Assembly: GCF_006345805.1 (NCBI RefSeq)
Contig: NC_042997.1
Span: 169,384,001 to 169,448,000 of the forward strand
Source: Octopus sinensis
Taxonomy: Eukaryota
Length of the DNA stretch: 64,000 bases
Direction: 5' to 3'
Both the position numbers and the translations under genes were made by a program. Positions 61,640 to 64,000 of the stretch are shown here, in pieces; positions within the stretch are counted from its first letter, which is position 1, and every line of letters begins with the position of its first letter. The notes under the pieces were generated by a model, which saw only the letters and a list, made by a program, of their open reading frames with translations, ran no database searches and was not told where the DNA came from.

Positions 61640-62690
61640 TACACAAGTCATTCACACTGTCAGTTGTGCACTTCAAGAAGGGGTCATCTACAATGACTGA
61701 CAAAGCAGTATCATCATCAACTGTGACAAGGCCAAAGGAGTTGGTCTAGAAAAAAGTAGCTATAGCAGTATCAAACTGATGGCCCTAATTATGAAAGTAA
61801 CAGAAAGAGTTATAGCCCAACTGATTACAAAAAGATGAGTTGTACAATAGATACGTATCTGAATAAGGTACTATTGATGCTCTATTCCTAGTGAAATAAC
61901 AACATGAAAAGTTCTTAGCTAAAAATAAGCCACTATACCTAGCATTTGTTGTTTTAGAGAAGGTCTTTGAAAGAGTACCAAGTTCATAGTGTAGTGACCA
62001 CTAAGGAAACTTAGCAAAATGAATGGCTTGAGAGAGTTGTGCAAGTCTTGTACAGAGCTACTGTCAGCAAGATGAGAGTTAGTAGTAAATTTGGCAAATA
62101 ATTTATTGTACAAGGTATGTGTCTAAAAGGCCTCAGTTCTCACTTCCAGATATGTTTTATCATTGTTCTCCAGACCATAACAGAGAGGTTTAAAACCAGC
62201 TGTCCATGCAAAACCTGTATGCTGATGATTAAACAGATTTTTCTGAATTTATTAGTGATTTTGAAAAATCCAGATGTTTTCCAGTAAAAGTAAACTAATC
62301 AAAGAAAAAGTTTCAGATAGCAGGAAAGAAGACAAATCTCTGTTGACATCCTAAAACGTGATCATGCTTGACATACAGAAAGGGAATGCAAAGGAATTCG
62401 ATGTGGTGTACCCATTGTAAACTCTTGGTGCACAAAAGGTGTAATGGGATCGTGAATAATAGAGAATGAAGACTTCTTTGCATTAAAAGCATGAGTAGTT
62501 AGCAGTAAGTACACTCGTGAAATAAATTCTTCAAATGCTCAGAAGACTCCATAGAAATATTGAGAGTATCTCTTATCTAGGTGACTTACTTATTAGTGGT
62601 GGTGTGTGCTTTAGAAACTCAGCTACCAGAGTAAGAGTGGCGGGGAAATAGTCTAGGAAGTTATTAGCTCAACTGGTAACAAAGGGACAG
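61640..62690 (+). pseudogene. Highly degraded RTE reverse-transcriptase region
   Basis: Broken frames give GTIDALFLV...EKFLAKNKPLYLAFVVLEKVFERVP and a later RC.HCKLLVHKRC-like segment. Confidence 0.7.
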
Positions 62691-64000
62691 CAAAGGAAAT
62701 ATATCTAAACCCATATTACAAATAGATGAGCAAATACCTTACCCCCTGACAGTACCAATCTATAACACCTTGCTTTTATTGTACAATGAGGAAGAAAATA
62801 ATTATAGTTGAACAGAGAGGTAAAGATCACAGGTGAAGAAGACTCAGTACAAAGCAACAAAAATAGGTGAGGAAAAACAATTTCTTCCAAACAACAAGAA
62901 AATCCATCCCCAGGAAAACACATCAAATGGGAACTAAGATTCACCTTTCTTCAAAATCACACGCAGTTAATAGACTATATTATGCATCGTTCCAAAAAAT
63001 GGTAAACACAAAAATAATTTGCTTCAGAATTTAAACAACATGCAAAAGATAGATTACATGTGAAATTAAATTTAAGCTATAACAAACTTAAAAAGAGAAT
63101 GCCCAGAAGATGTTGGTGTGTTCAACACAACATATTCCAAAAGATGCTTACTAGTGCATTCAGTTGCACTCAAACACAATTTGAGAAATGATTGAATAAA
63201 TGTAAGAGGTTGTGAAGTTTTCTAAGTGAATTTAACCAGAAAGCCTTCTGGTTTTATTTCTTTAAATTATATCTTGTTTTAATCATTGTGTTTTATTGTA
63301 CTTTTATTACATTTATTTCCATGCAAATATATGAATGTATGCATATGTATATGTCTGGGTATGTGTGCATATGTGTGTACAAGAATTCATGTGTATATTT
63401 GTGTGTGAGTGTATGTGTGTATGCATGCATATATATGTATGTGCATATCTATACATGTGTGTGTGCATGCGCCTTTACAATTCTTAATACATCCAGCTAA
63501 ATATTGCATAATATCCCTTACCTCATTCTCTTTGTACACTGTAAATGTGTTTATTTATTTATTTTTTTCCTTTTACATTCCATATTTTCCTCTTTTCCTT
63601 TGTAACTGCTAGTGAAGGTTTTTTTTGTATTTCTTCATACTCTTGTGGCTAATAGACAAAAGATCATCATCATCATCATCGCCATCATCATCTTCATCAT
63701 CGTTGTTGTTGTTGTTGTTGTTGTTGTTATTATTATTATTATTATTATAATTACACTAAAAAAATTTATCATTCAAAAATGTTTTTTAAAAAACCCATTC
63801 AATCAGATGTATCCAGTTACTCTTTTACCAATGGCAAATATAAATTATTTCTTCCTGATTTGATATATATAAATATCCATCCTTTAGTATCTTTTTTCTA
63901 AAATTTCTGTCAACTTACATGTAAAAGAGAAAAACAAAATAAAAACAGCCATTCTTTCATAATGCTTTTTTAGAAATAACTTATATTGAATTTCTTCATA

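Overview
This is AT-rich eukaryotic non-coding DNA dominated by repeats. The SINE families, the RTE tails ending in (GAT)n and the extreme (TA)n/(TATG)n/(GATA)n content look like a coleoid cephalopod (Octopus-like) genome; that assignment is my recognition, not a database result. I found no intact host protein-coding gene, and nearly all ORFs in the supplied track are microsatellite or decayed-transposon artefacts. The supported content is: a full-length but dead 1.3-kb mariner inserted in a SINE, two shorter mariner stubs, RTE-clade LINE fragments and 3' tails, three different solo LTRs (TGTA...TACA, 4-bp TSDs), two non-autonomous Helitrons, a piggyBac-type MITE, a hAT/Charlie transposase remnant, several tRNA-derived SINE families (one as a head-plus-trimer concatemer with a 16-bp TSD) and two Penelope GIY-YIG remnants. 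The most interesting signal is a set of Penelope-type minimal type I hammerhead ribozyme (HHR) motifs with palindromic helix III. It includes a tandem pair 460 nt apart with canonical cores (46097-46646), a U3-A8 compensatory-core variant in a long inverted repeat (45160-45452), and a variant-core family (42008, 43877). Several long hairpins built from such elements abut (TA)n tracts. A few exon-like candidates are given only as weak inference. Boundaries of degraded repeats are approximate (tens of bp). All folds were derived by hand.
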